From positions 1 to 60,144 of the forward strand of contig JACQJD010000093.1 in the NCBI GenBank assembly GCA_016198185.1: a stretch of 60,144 nucleotides of DNA, in the 5' to 3' direction. The stretch is from Deltaproteobacteria bacterium (GTDB lineage Bacteria; Bdellovibrionota; JACOXK01; 2-02-FULL-40-11). The position numbers and the translations under genes were made by a program. Within the stretch, counting starts at the first letter, position 1, and every line of letters begins with the position of its first letter. Positions 45,424-55,134 of the stretch are shown here, in pieces. The notes below the pieces were generated by a model. It saw only the letters and a program-made list of their open reading frames with translations. It was not told the DNA's origin and did no database searches.

Positions 45424-46359
45424 ATGGCAAAAATACAGCTCATTGCCGGAAGTTCCCATCCACACCTTGCAAAAGAAATTGCAAAACTTCTAAAAGTTTC
45501 TTTGACCCCCATTGAGCATGTTCGCTTTGCCAATGATAATCTTTTTTGCCGCATTGAAACTTCTATTCGAGGGGATGATGTTTTTATCCTGCAAACCTCT
45601 GTTCGTCCCGTAAACGATGGTGTCATGGAATTATTGCTGATGATAGATGCAGCGAAATATGCTTCTGCTGGTCGGATTACAGCCGTATTACCTTACTACC
45701 CTTACGTGAGGTCCGATAAGAAAGATCAGCCACGAATTCCGGTAACAGCCAGATTGATTGCAGATATGTTACAAACAGCTGGAGCAGATCGGGTGGTGAC
45801 TTTGGACTTACACGCCCTTCAAATTTTGAGTTTTTTTCGGATTCCCGCAGATCAGCTTTTATCAGTGAAGCTCCTCTGCGAGCATCTTAGATCCAAAATC
45901 GAATCCAATCATACCGTTATTGTTTCCCCAGACGTAGGGGGGCTTCCTCGAGCAAGATTCTATGCCAAGAACCTCAATCTGCCTCTGGCCGTTATGGACA
46001 AACGTCGAGATAAGCAGAGTCAAAAAGTAAAAATGGGGGTCATCATTGGAGAGGTCAAGGGGAAGCACGCGATTGTGGTAGATGATGAAGTCAATACGGC
46101 CACCACGTTGCTCGAAACCGTAGAAGCGCTGAAAACACAAGGTGTTCGAAAAGTTTCAGCCATGTGTATTCATCCGGCTTTTTCGAAAGATGCACAAAAG
46201 AAAATTGAGCAATCTTTTTTAGATGAAATGATTGTAACCAATAGCATTCCCATTGAAGAAGCATCCAAAAAAATTAAAGTTTTATCCATAGCGCCTTTGT
46301 TGGCCAAGGCCATTGAAAATATTCATCATGGGCAGTCTGTTAGTACTTTATTCGAGTAA
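45424..46359 (+). CDS. prs: Ribose-phosphate pyrophosphokinase
   Basis: MAKIQLIAGSSHPHLAKEIA N-terminus, DLHA motif, and the PRPP loop VVDDEVNTATT. The track start at 45367 is an upstream extension. Confidence 0.9.
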   Translation: MAKIQLIAGSSHPHLAKEIAKLLKVSLTPIEHVRFANDNLFCRIETSIRGDDVFILQTSVRPVNDGVMELLLMIDAAKYASAGRITAVLPYYPYVRSDKKDQPRIPVTARLIADMLQTAGADRVVTLDLHALQILSFFRIPADQLLSVKLLCEHLRSKIESNHTVIVSPDVGGLPRARFYAKNLNLPLAVMDKRRDKQSQKVKMGVIIGEVKGKHAIVVDDEVNTATTLLETVEALKTQGVRKVSAMCIHPAFSKDAQKKIEQSFLDEMIVTNSIPIEEASKKIKVLSIAPLLAKAIENIHHGQSVSTLFE

Positions 46360-46500
46360 TCTTCGAGAACGTTATTTTTGGTAAAGGGTCTTTCCGTAAT
46401 AATCCATGTATTTTCAACACCCTGCTAGGGGTTTCCTTCATTTAATGATCCTCTCATAAAGTTTCAGATTTTTATTCCGAGAATGAAAAGAGAGGTGGTT

Positions 46501-47814
46501 ATGGCACGTTGGCTCAATATTTTATTACTCTTAGTACCCTTTATGGCTTATGCCCAAGAGGATCCAGGATTGATTACAGGACCTTATGTAGAGGGGGAAA
46601 TTTTCATTCGCTACAAAGATGGAACGCAAGAAGAAAAACAAGAACTCATGGCACTGAGCCTGGGGGCGACACTTAAAAAAAATGATTTTTTGGTACCCAA
46701 TTTGAAACTGGTTCAGCTTTATCCTGGTCAACCGGTGGAAGAGGCCATCCAATATTTTAAAGCCCTGCCGGATGTTTTATATGTTGCGCCAAATTATTTA
46801 ATTCAATTGGAGGGGGGGATGTTTCCCCCTCGAGAAATTCCAGATCCAGATCCGGACAATTCGGTTAAAATAAACGACCCTTATTTCAATAACAGCTATG
46901 GTTTATATGCGATCGAAGCTCCCAAGGCTTGGAAATCTTTTACGTGGGGAAGTCGCAACGTCATGGTTGCCATTATCGATTCTGGCATTGATTACACCCA
47001 TGAAGACCTTGCCTCCAATATGTGGAAAAATCCGAATGAGATTGAGGCCAATGGCATTGACGACGATGGCAATGGCTATATCGATGATCAGTATGGATGG
47101 AATTTTCTCAAAGATTCGGCAGATCCCATGGATGACAATTTTCATGGAACCCATGTTGCAGGCATTGTCGGAGCCTTAGCGGACAATGGGGTGGGATCTC
47201 TTGGGGTGAGCCCCTCGGTGTCACTCATGGCTTGTAAATTTACAAATGAAAAAGGGGAAGGGACGACAAATCATGCCATTCGCGCCATTACCTATGCGGT
47301 CAGAAATGGAGCTAAGATTTTAAACAACAGCTGGGGTGGCTACGGAAAATCAAGACCGCTGATGGAAACCATTCAGATGGCAGCAAACCAAGGTGTTTTA
47401 TTTGTAGCGGCGGCGGGCAATGATAATGCAGATGCGGATGTAAAACCATTTTACCCTGCCAGTTTTACGCAAGAAAATGTTATTTCGGTTGCGGCAACCG
47501 ATGCTTGGGATGAGAAAGCTTCTTTTTCGAACTTTGGAAAAAAATCAGTCCATTTGGCAGCACCCGGTGTTTCTATTTTTTCGTCTATTCCCAAAAATCG
47601 CTATGATAGTTTCAGCGGAACATCGATGGCTGCCCCTTTTGTTTCGGGTGCAGCGGCTTTGATTTGGGCCGCCAAACCCCATCTAACCATGAAACAAGTA
47701 AAAGATCTTTTGTTGCAAACCGTTGATCCTATTGAATCGATGCAAGGGCGCACCATGACCGGTGGGCGGCTGAATATTTATAATGCGCTTTCCTTTAGTA
47801 TTCTTTCGCCTTAA
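46501..47814 (+). CDS. Secreted subtilisin-like S8 serine peptidase
   Basis: Catalytic triad contexts IIDSGID, HGTHVAG and SGTSMAAP. SD gaggtgg lies before ATG 46501. Signal peptide ends AYA|QE. Confidence 0.85.
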   Translation: MARWLNILLLLVPFMAYAQEDPGLITGPYVEGEIFIRYKDGTQEEKQELMALSLGATLKKNDFLVPNLKLVQLYPGQPVEEAIQYFKALPDVLYVAPNYLIQLEGGMFPPREIPDPDPDNSVKINDPYFNNSYGLYAIEAPKAWKSFTWGSRNVMVAIIDSGIDYTHEDLASNMWKNPNEIEANGIDDDGNGYIDDQYGWNFLKDSADPMDDNFHGTHVAGIVGALADNGVGSLGVSPSVSLMACKFTNEKGEGTTNHAIRAITYAVRNGAKILNNSWGGYGKSRPLMETIQMAANQGVLFVAAAGNDNADADVKPFYPASFTQENVISVAATDAWDEKASFSNFGKKSVHLAAPGVSIFSSIPKNRYDSFSGTSMAAPFVSGAAALIWAAKPHLTMKQVKDLLLQTVDPIESMQGRTMTGGRLNIYNALSFSILSP

Positions 47815-48278
47815 ACACGTGTTTCTGGGCGGCGATTCTTTTTTTCAAGTTGTTTAATTTTTCTTTGGAGCTTTTCGATTTCATGTTGGAGCGGAATTTT
47901 TCCAGTGAGGGCATCTAACTTTTTTTGAAGTTCCCCTTTGACATGAGCAATCTCTCGGGCACCTGATTTGAATGTTTTTTCAAACCCTGATTTAAGTGTC
48001 TTTTCGAAAAAAGAAGAGATGGAGCCACCACTGCTTTTAATGATGTCTTGTAATAAGTGGAGGGGCAGCAAGTGATTTGATTTCTTTTCTGTCTCAAAAA
48101 TGATTTGGGTAAGGGTGGCACAGGTAATATCTTCATTGGTTTGATTGTCCATAACGCGAAGGTCTTCTCCTTGCTGAATCATTTTGGCCAAATCCCATAA
48201 TGTGACATAACGAGAACGGGTGGTGTCATAGAGTTTTCGGTTTTGATATCGTTTAATGATTTTAGGTGGTTGCGCCAT
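47811..48278 (-). CDS. phaR: PhaR-type polyhydroxyalkanoate synthesis regulator
   Basis: IKRYQNRKLYDT....YVTL.D......G....V.D......T...L.QII matches the PHB_acc_N DNA-binding domain. Confidence 0.75.
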   Translation of the reverse strand: MAQPPKIIKRYQNRKLYDTTRSRYVTLWDLAKMIQQGEDLRVMDNQTNEDITCATLTQIIFETEKKSNHLLPLHLLQDIIKSSGGSISSFFEKTLKSGFEKTFKSGAREIAHVKGELQKKLDALTGKIPLQHEIEKLQRKIKQLEKKNRRPETRV

Positions 48279-48329
48279 GCTGCGTCAATTTAGGGTAACC
48301 TTTGAGAGAAGTCAAGTTGTAGGCCTGAC

Positions 48330-49202
48330 TTAAGGGCTAAACGGGAGAATGTGATCGCGGTGCGTGAGCCATTGAACTTTAAAATGTTGGTTGGCCACAT
48401 CGATGTCTTGCCGAGAAGGATTTTCAAAATAAACAAAAACAACCCCCGGATCTGTTTCGGATTGCCAAGGTTCATAAAACCAATGGTTGTATTTAAATTC
48501 CAGTACTTGGAGTGTCTGTGGATAATTCGAATCCAGAACTAAAAAATGTCTTGGCAAACTATTCCAAGGGTCAGAAAGATCTTTCTTAAAACCTACAATC
48601 GTTAAAGCATGGGCTCCCAGTGTTCTGGTGCTGATGATGACGATGGGAACGGGGGTGCTGGCCAAGATGTAGGATTGGAATTGATCTACCGTTTCATAAA
48701 GGGCATCAATGCCGTTGAATATCAAATGAGCGCCGTTTAAAAAAATTTGAACCGCATTCCTAAAACGATCGAAATCACCTTGAATGGTCTCAATGGCATA
48801 TTTAAGGGGATTAAATGTGTCTGTCCACTCACGTTGCATTTGGGAAACAAACTGGTAGGTGCTGGAAAAGCCGGTAATCACTTGAGGACGTTTTTCCTGA
48901 AATGCACTGATAATTTTATTTGCGATATGATGGGGTGATCTCTTTTGACCACGTTCAAATTTAATTTGCGTGAGCAGGGTGTAGTTGACGCGATCCATTC
49001 CATAACAAACGCCTCCCTCAGAAATGGGTGCAGAGTAATTTTCCTTTGAAATCAAGGAAGAAAGCTGGGTGGCAGAAAGCGTTAAGGCTATGGCTTCATG
49101 GGTGTTTGGAATGGGAGGGGCATAGGTCCACGCAGAAGAGAGCCCCACAAAAGTGAATAGAAGGATAAGAGGTAGAGAACGAAACCTTTTAAAAACACCC
49201 AC
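48330..49202 (-). CDS. Secreted hypothetical protein, possibly a papain-fold cysteine peptidase
   Basis: Signal peptide. Ordered candidate triad: GGVCYG (Cys), AHALTIVGF (His, like papain HAVxxVGY), LDSNYP (Asp/Asn). Inference only. Confidence 0.5.
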   Translation of the reverse strand: MGVFKRFRSLPLILLFTFVGLSSAWTYAPPIPNTHEAIALTLSATQLSSLISKENYSAPISEGGVCYGMDRVNYTLLTQIKFERGQKRSPHHIANKIISAFQEKRPQVITGFSSTYQFVSQMQREWTDTFNPLKYAIETIQGDFDRFRNAVQIFLNGAHLIFNGIDALYETVDQFQSYILASTPVPIVIISTRTLGAHALTIVGFKKDLSDPWNSLPRHFLVLDSNYPQTLQVLEFKYNHWFYEPWQSETDPGVVFVYFENPSRQDIDVANQHFKVQWLTHRDHILPFSP

Positions 49203-49216
49203 GATCCATAATTCTT

Positions 49217-49232
49217 AGCAAACTTCATGCCA
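49217..49232 (-). promoter_or_regulatory. Sigma-54-like -24/-12 element
   Basis: The minus strand reads TGGCAT-gaagt-TTGCT. Only 14 nt separate it from GTG 49202, so the transcript would be nearly leaderless, which weakens the call. Confidence 0.3.
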
Positions 49233-49358
49233 AAAATTTAAAACTTTTTAACCATTTGAAAGTATTAAGAATTCCAAAAGTTTTTCTATATTTAAAATAC
49301 ATTAATCCAATTTTAATGTATTTTTTACACTGTAATATCTGTTTTTTAGTAAAACTTT

Positions 49359-49405
49359 TCACCTCCCACTCAAAAGTGAGGGGGGGAGGTGAGTTTTCTG
49401 ATTTT
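49359..49405 (+). terminator. Terminator-like hairpin pairing an anti-SD-like arm with an SD-like arm
   Basis: TCACCTCCC (49359-49367) pairs with GGGAGGTGA (49384-49392) across a 16-nt loop. The tail is gttttctgatttt. No plus-strand gene ends upstream, and the TPR gene starts at 49450. Confidence 0.4.
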
Positions 49406-49449
49406 AGTTTTAAGGTTGTTCGGCCGATAGGTTTTAAGAAAGGAACGTT

Positions 49450-51282
49450 GTGTTGTTCAAAAAGAATCGTTTTTCTAAATTTCTTCCCTATGGTGTGGGA
49501 GGTGCTGTTGGTTTGGTACTCAGTGCCCTTTGGATTGCACATTCCTACTGGTTTTCACTGTTTTCTTATCCCTTTCAAGAACGGCGTAGCCACAAACCAG
49601 AAATGAAACAGGTCCCCCTGGTACAAAAAGTATCCAGACAGCTCAAAACAAATCCCAATCAAGAACAAGCTTATTATCACTTTGCTTTGGGAGCATTGGC
49701 CTCTTTGGAAGGAAATGCAACAGAAGCGATCGAGCATTATAAAAAAGTGATTCAATTAGATCCATCGGTTGCAGATATCCACGCTAAAATTGCAGAAGAA
49801 TATTTAAAAAAAGGAGAGGTGGAAATTTCGAAAAAATACCTGAAACAAGCGTTGGCGCTAGATCCCAATCATCTCGAGGCCCATCTTTCTCTGGGCAGTA
49901 TTTTGGCTGCAGAACGTAAATTTGAAGAAGGGAGAGGTCACTATGAAAAAGTGCTGTCCATAGACCCCACCCATCAAAAAGCATATCTTTTTCTTTCAAC
50001 ACTCTACGCAGAAGAAAAAAAATATCCAAAAGCCATTCTTATTCTAAAAAAACTGTTACAACAGAACAACGAAGCCTTTTTGGCCCATTATTACTTGGGA
50101 AGAATATATGCAGAGATGGGAAAAACAAAAGAAGCTCTTTCTCAGTATCAGTTAGCCTTGGAAATGAATCCAGGATTTCAGTTGGCGGCACTTGCACTGG
50201 CCGTACACTACGAGACAAAAAATGAAACGGAAAAGGCCATTCAAGTGTATTTAAATTTGATTGAGGCCACAGAAGTCCCCCCTCGCATTTTAAGAAAAAC
50301 GGTTCAACTGATGTTAGAAAAAAAAGAGCCTCAGCGTGCTTTGAAGCTCTTAGAGGATTTAAAGTATCAAGATCCCACCGATTTAAATAATCGCGTTCGA
50401 ATAGGACTTATTTATTATGAAATGAAAGATTACCGTCAGGCTGAAAAAGAGTTTGAAGAGTTGTATCGAGAACACCCGGATTCAGATCGAATTGTCTATT
50501 ATTTATCTGCCGTTTATGAAAAACGAAATAAAATAAAGCATGCCATCGGCATGCTAAAAAAAGTTTCGGAAGATTCCACCTTATATGTTGAGGCGCAAAG
50601 CCATCTTATTTTTTTACTGAGAGAACAAGGGCAATTTCAGGTGGCCATCGATCTTGGGAAAAAAATGTTACAAAAATATCCGAAACAACATGAGTTTTAT
50701 GACTTATTAGCTTCGATTTATGAGAAGCAAAAAAATTTGGGAGGTGCCATTGGAATTCTTCGAGAAGGGGTTGAAAAATTTCCGAAGGAAGAAAGGCTTT
50801 TGTATTATTTAGGGGCACTCTATGACAAAACAGAAAATGTGGAACAAGCCTTAGAAGCCATGGAAAAGATTTTAAAAATAAATCCAAATCATCCGGATGC
50901 TTTAAATTTTATTGGATATACCTATATCCTTCATTCCAAAGATTTGGTCAGAGCCGAAAAACTTCTTAAGAAAGCCTATGAGCTTAAACCCGGGGAAGGG
51001 TATATTGAAGATAGTCTGGGATGGTTTTATTTTTTAAAAGGGGATTACCCAAGTGCACAAAAATGGCTTGAAACGGCGGTTCAATTGAAACCCCAAGAGG
51101 CAGTGATCTTAGAGCACTTGGCAGATGTGTATGTTAAATTAGATAAACTTCATCAGGCGGAAGAAGTTTATCAACGTGCCCTTAAAAGTAACCCCGAAGG
51201 GGGCACGCTCCAAAGCATTGAAAAAAAATTAAATGAGTTAGGTCAAACGTTGAAAAAACGCTTCCCTGCCAAAATCAAATAA
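49450..51282 (+). CDS. Tetratricopeptide-repeat protein (membrane-anchored)
   Basis: N-terminal TM segment followed by many TPR units (A..Y..A...P......L). 610 aa. GTG start after aaggaa. Confidence 0.8.
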   Translation: MLFKKNRFSKFLPYGVGGAVGLVLSALWIAHSYWFSLFSYPFQERRSHKPEMKQVPLVQKVSRQLKTNPNQEQAYYHFALGALASLEGNATEAIEHYKKVIQLDPSVADIHAKIAEEYLKKGEVEISKKYLKQALALDPNHLEAHLSLGSILAAERKFEEGRGHYEKVLSIDPTHQKAYLFLSTLYAEEKKYPKAILILKKLLQQNNEAFLAHYYLGRIYAEMGKTKEALSQYQLALEMNPGFQLAALALAVHYETKNETEKAIQVYLNLIEATEVPPRILRKTVQLMLEKKEPQRALKLLEDLKYQDPTDLNNRVRIGLIYYEMKDYRQAEKEFEELYREHPDSDRIVYYLSAVYEKRNKIKHAIGMLKKVSEDSTLYVEAQSHLIFLLREQGQFQVAIDLGKKMLQKYPKQHEFYDLLASIYEKQKNLGGAIGILREGVEKFPKEERLLYYLGALYDKTENVEQALEAMEKILKINPNHPDALNFIGYTYILHSKDLVRAEKLLKKAYELKPGEGYIEDSLGWFYFLKGDYPSAQKWLETAVQLKPQEAVILEHLADVYVKLDKLHQAEEVYQRALKSNPEGGTLQSIEKKLNELGQTLKKRFPAKIK

Positions 51283-51296
51283 GTTACCCTTTTTTC

Positions 51297-51968
51297 ATGA
51301 AATATTTCTTATTTTTTCTATCATGGTGCATCGTGGGCTGTGCGCCAGCGCTCAAAGACGTTGTTTCTGATCCAGAAATCATTGGCCTTATGGATCAAAA
51401 TCAGGAAAAAATTAAGTCGCTTCGAGGGATGGCGCGGGTTTATTTTTCATTACCCGAAGGAAAGGGAACGGTGGAGGCCATTGCCGTGGTTCAAAAGCCT
51501 CGGTCCTTACGGCTGGAGACGGGAAATTTTTTTGGGTTTCCGTTGACAGCCTTTACACTTCGACAAAATGCGTTTGAATACTATGTGATTCCGGAAGAAA
51601 AAGTGTATGTGGGGTCTTTGAAAGATGTTTCTTTTAATCACATTTTCCCATTTTCAATCGATATTCAGGATTTAATGAATATCTTTCTGTTTTCAAAAAA
51701 ATCACTGAAGCATCCCAAAACCTACAAGCTCCATTTTATGCGAATAGAGCAACGAGGGAATTTGTATTATCCTTTGGAAATGCGAATGACCGATGCTTCG
51801 CTCAATCATTTTATTCATTGGACATGGCAGGAAGTTGAATTAAATCCCAAAGCATTATCGAAAGAGGTCTTTGAACTTAAAAAACCTAAACACGCCAGAG
51901 TGGTTCCTCTGCCCACTCAAAAAACGGTTCCGATGATTTTTACAGAAGAGGGCGCCCAAGAGCCATAA
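51297..51968 (+). CDS. LolB-like / DUF4292-type outer-membrane lipoprotein
   Basis: Lipobox IVGCA. The pattern L.G.A.V........G...A......P..LRLE is typical of DUF4292. Sits immediately after the TPR gene. Confidence 0.55.
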   Translation: MKYFLFFLSWCIVGCAPALKDVVSDPEIIGLMDQNQEKIKSLRGMARVYFSLPEGKGTVEAIAVVQKPRSLRLETGNFFGFPLTAFTLRQNAFEYYVIPEEKVYVGSLKDVSFNHIFPFSIDIQDLMNIFLFSKKSLKHPKTYKLHFMRIEQRGNLYYPLEMRMTDASLNHFIHWTWQEVELNPKALSKEVFELKKPKHARVVPLPTQKTVPMIFTEEGAQEP

Positions 51969-52021
51969 AGGCCTTGCACTTTCCGAGTCAATTCGTTAAA
52001 ACCACTTGATATTATTGAGTT

Positions 52022-53002
52022 ATGTCTAAAATCTTAGAAGTGAAAAACTTAAAAACCTCTTTTTTCCTAGAAGAGGGGGAACTTAAAGCTGTGGATGATG
52101 TAAGTTTTTCATTGGAAAAAGGAAAAACCTTGGGCATCGTTGGTGAAAGTGGCTGTGGGAAAAGCGTTACAGCCCTTTCCTTGATGCGACTTATTGCACA
52201 ACCTCCTGGAAAAATTACAGGTGGACAAATTCTATTTGACGGCAAAGATTTGGTAAAGATTCCCATTTCCCAGATGCGTGATATTCGAGGGAATAAAATT
52301 TCGATGATTTTTCAAGAACCGATGACGTCACTCAACCCTGTTTTTACCATTGGAAATCAAATTGAAGAGGCGATTGCATTGCATCAAGACCTCTCTCGAA
52401 AGCAGATTCGAGAAAAGGCCATTGAAATGTTAAAGTTGGTGGGTATTCCTTCTCCGTATCGACGAATTCATGATTATCCCCATCAACTGAGTGGCGGCAT
52501 GCGTCAACGGGTGATGATTGCAATGGCGCTGAGTTGTGAGCCAGAAATTTTAATTGCAGATGAACCAACCACGGCTCTGGATGTAACGATCCAAGCCCAA
52601 ATTTTAGATTTATTAAAAAAGCTTCAAACAGAAATGGGGATGGCGATTATTTTGATTACGCATGATTTGGGGGTTGTATCAGAAATGGCCAATGAAGTGA
52701 TCGTCATGTATGCCGGCAAAATTGTAGAGCAAGCACCGGCGGTAGAGCTTTTTGAAATGCCGCTGCATCCTTATACTATTGGGTTATTAAAGTCGATTCC
52801 ATCGATGCAAGAAACGGGCGCCGGGAAACTTCATCCCCTACGGGCGATTCCAGGGATGGTGCCCAATATCTTAGAGCTTCAAGGGGGCTGTCCTTTTGAA
52901 GAACGGTGTTTTATGCATGTTCCTCATTGTAAGGATGAAGAACCCAAATTACGTGAATTAAAAACCAATCATTGGGCCAGTTGTTTTGAAACAAAAATAT
53001 GA
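52022..53002 (+). CDS. oppD: Oligopeptide/dipeptide ABC transporter ATP-binding protein (OppD/DppD type)
   Basis: Walker A GESGCGKS, signature LSGGMRQR, Walker [10 protein letters not shown], and the C-terminal oligo_HPY Cys/His tail. Confidence 0.8.
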   Translation: MSKILEVKNLKTSFFLEEGELKAVDDVSFSLEKGKTLGIVGESGCGKSVTALSLMRLIAQPPGKITGGQILFDGKDLVKIPISQMRDIRGNKISMIFQEPMTSLNPVFTIGNQIEEAIALHQDLSRKQIREKAIEMLKLVGIPSPYRRIHDYPHQLSGGMRQRVMIAMALSCEPEILIADEPTTALDVTIQAQILDLLKKLQTEMGMAIILITHDLGVVSEMANEVIVMYAGKIVEQAPAVELFEMPLHPYTIGLLKSIPSMQETGAGKLHPLRAIPGMVPNILELQGGCPFEERCFMHVPHCKDEEPKLRELKTNHWASCFETKI

Positions 53003-53973
53003 CAGAAAAATTAATTGAAATTAAGAATCTCAAAAAACATTTTCCGGTCAAAAAGAGATGGTTTCAAAAAAAGGCAGATACGGTTAAAGCGGTCAATGGC
53101 ATTACGGTCGATATTTTTAAAGGAGAAACGCTTGGCTTGGTGGGTGAAAGTGGTTGTGGAAAATCAACCCTGGGACGATCCCTCATTCGACTGATTGAAC
53201 CTGACGAAGGACAGGTCTTTTTTAATGGCAAAGATATCTTGAAATTTTCTGGAAGTGAGCTTCGGCAAACCCGCAGAAGAATGCAGATTATTTTTCAAGA
53301 TCCTTATGCATCCTTAAATCCCAGAATGACGATTGGCAGTATTATTTCAGAACCTTTGAAAATTCATAAGCTGGTTCGATCTCGGCAAGAACGCATGGAT
53401 CGTGTGGAAGGGCTTTTAAAAGAAGTGGGGTTAAGGTCAGATGTCTTGGGTCGATATCCCCATGAATTTAGTGGTGGACAGCGACAACGCATTGGCATTG
53501 CGCGTGCGATTTCTTTAAATCCAGATTTTATCGTGTGTGATGAACCGGTTTCGGCCTTAGATGTTTCGATTCAAGCCCAAGTGATCAATTTGTTATCCGA
53601 TCTTCAGAAAAAATTTAAGCTGACGTATTTATTTATTTCTCATGATTTAAAAGTGGTGGAGTACATTAGCGATCGTGTCGCGGTGATGTATTTGGGAGAA
53701 ATCGTAGAATTGGCCTACAGCAAAGATATTTATCGCGATCCCAAACATCCTTATACACAGGCATTGTTATCAGCGGTGCCACAGATTGATCCCAAGACCA
53801 AAAGGACACGGATTGTTCTTAAGGGAGATGTGCCAAGCCAAGTTCATTTGCCGCCCGGGTGTCCTTTTCATCCTCGGTGTCATTATAAAATTGTAGATCG
53901 CTGTCGGATCGAAAAACCGCCCCTCCGAGAGATTGCACCCGATCACTGGGTGTCTTGTCATTTGGCTGAGTGA
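52999..53973 (+). CDS. oppF: Oligopeptide/dipeptide ABC transporter ATP-binding protein (OppF/DppF type)
   Basis: Walker [10 protein letters not shown], signature FSGGQRQR, Walker [10 protein letters not shown]. 4-nt overlap with oppD. Confidence 0.8.
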   Translation: MTEKLIEIKNLKKHFPVKKRWFQKKADTVKAVNGITVDIFKGETLGLVGESGCGKSTLGRSLIRLIEPDEGQVFFNGKDILKFSGSELRQTRRRMQIIFQDPYASLNPRMTIGSIISEPLKIHKLVRSRQERMDRVEGLLKEVGLRSDVLGRYPHEFSGGQRQRIGIARAISLNPDFIVCDEPVSALDVSIQAQVINLLSDLQKKFKLTYLFISHDLKVVEYISDRVAVMYLGEIVELAYSKDIYRDPKHPYTQALLSAVPQIDPKTKRTRIVLKGDVPSQVHLPPGCPFHPRCHYKIVDRCRIEKPPLREIAPDHWVSCHLAE

Positions 53974-54521
53974 ATGTGAAGCAACGTCTTAACCGTATCG
54001 GTGACTTCTTGAATGTTAAAAGGCTTGGTAATGTAGTCATGTGCTCCCAATTGGAACGCATGTTTTTTATCGACCTCGCTTTTTCGGCCAGAGATAAAGA
54101 CAATCGGGACATCTTTTAAGTCGGTTTGTTGTTTTAAAAGTTTACACAACTCAAAACCATTGACCCATGGCAAATTAATATCCAGCAAAATAAGTTCTAC
54201 TTCCTGTTTTTCTAAGATTTTTACGAGTTCAGAAGCTTCAGGTGCTAGGAGTACGTCGAACCCTTCCTTTTCAAACAGACGTTTGAGGACATTGCGCGTA
54301 GATTCATCGTCATCCACAACCAGAATGTGACGCGGGCTTGTTTCTGCATGGAGCGAGCGATAATCTGCTAGAGAAACCACTTTTTTGGTGAGTATTTTTT
54401 TCTTTTTGATGCGTTCAATTTCTTGCGCTAACTTTTTGGTTTGAACGGCCTTGAGATCGTTTGCCATGGAAATCTCCTTTGGTTGACTTACATCTCTAAG
54501 CTTACGACTGACAATGAACAA
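53958..54521 (-). CDS. Response regulator: ~65-aa Lys-rich N-terminal extension plus receiver domain
   Basis: [18 protein letters not shown] and KPF motifs. Confidence 0.8.
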   Translation of the reverse strand: MFIVSRKLRDVSQPKEISMANDLKAVQTKKLAQEIERIKKKKILTKKVVSLADYRSLHAETSPRHILVVDDDESTRNVLKRLFEKEGFDVLLAPEASELVKILEKQEVELILLDINLPWVNGFELCKLLKQQTDLKDVPIVFISGRKSEVDKKHAFQLGAHDYITKPFNIQEVTDTVKTLLHIHSAK

Positions 54522-54612
54522 CGATACAAAATCAGTATAAAGGAACTACACCTTCCTCGCAAGCAATTGGCAAAAATCAGTCTATCTGTCTGAAATAATT
54601 AAAGAAAGTCTG

Positions 54613-55002
54613 TTATTCTTGGGGGATAATTGCCCAAAGGATTAAATAAAGGATGATGCCCAATCCCAAGGACGTAATGGCCAAAAATAAAAAGCCAGCC
54701 CTTACCATGACGGGGTCGATGTCGAGACGTTCTCCCAAACCACCACAAATGCCTGCAATTTTGCAATTGGTTCTGGAGCGTCGTAGAGGAGAAGAAGAAA
54801 AAGAAAACTCAGATTCTGATGTTTTGCGCTGTGGGATAATGATCCAACAAATAAGGTATAACAAAATCCCGGTGCCACCCATGAGAACAGCACTCAACCA
54901 AATAATTCGAATCAAAATGGGGTCTACTTCAAAGTAATGTCCTAGGCCACCGCAGATCCCTGCAATTTTTTTGTCTGTTCTAGAACGATAAAGTCTTTTC
55001 AT
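54613..55002 (-). CDS. PspC-domain membrane protein (two tandem PspC domains)
   Basis: Two repeats of R.....[10 protein letters not shown].....DP...R..FL followed by TM helices. Confidence 0.8.
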   Translation of the reverse strand: MKRLYRSRTDKKIAGICGGLGHYFEVDPILIRIIWLSAVLMGGTGILLYLICWIIIPQRKTSESEFSFSSSPLRRSRTNCKIAGICGGLGERLDIDPVMVRAGFLFLAITSLGLGIILYLILWAIIPQE

Positions 55003-55134
55003 AAGATTAAATTCATACCCAACCTCGGACGGAAAGTCGACCTCTTTTTTAGGGCATCATTTTTCTAGATCCTTGAAATGATTGTGTTTTTTAAAAAAAA
55101 GCACTTGGCCCAGATTTTGCTTATAGAGAATATC

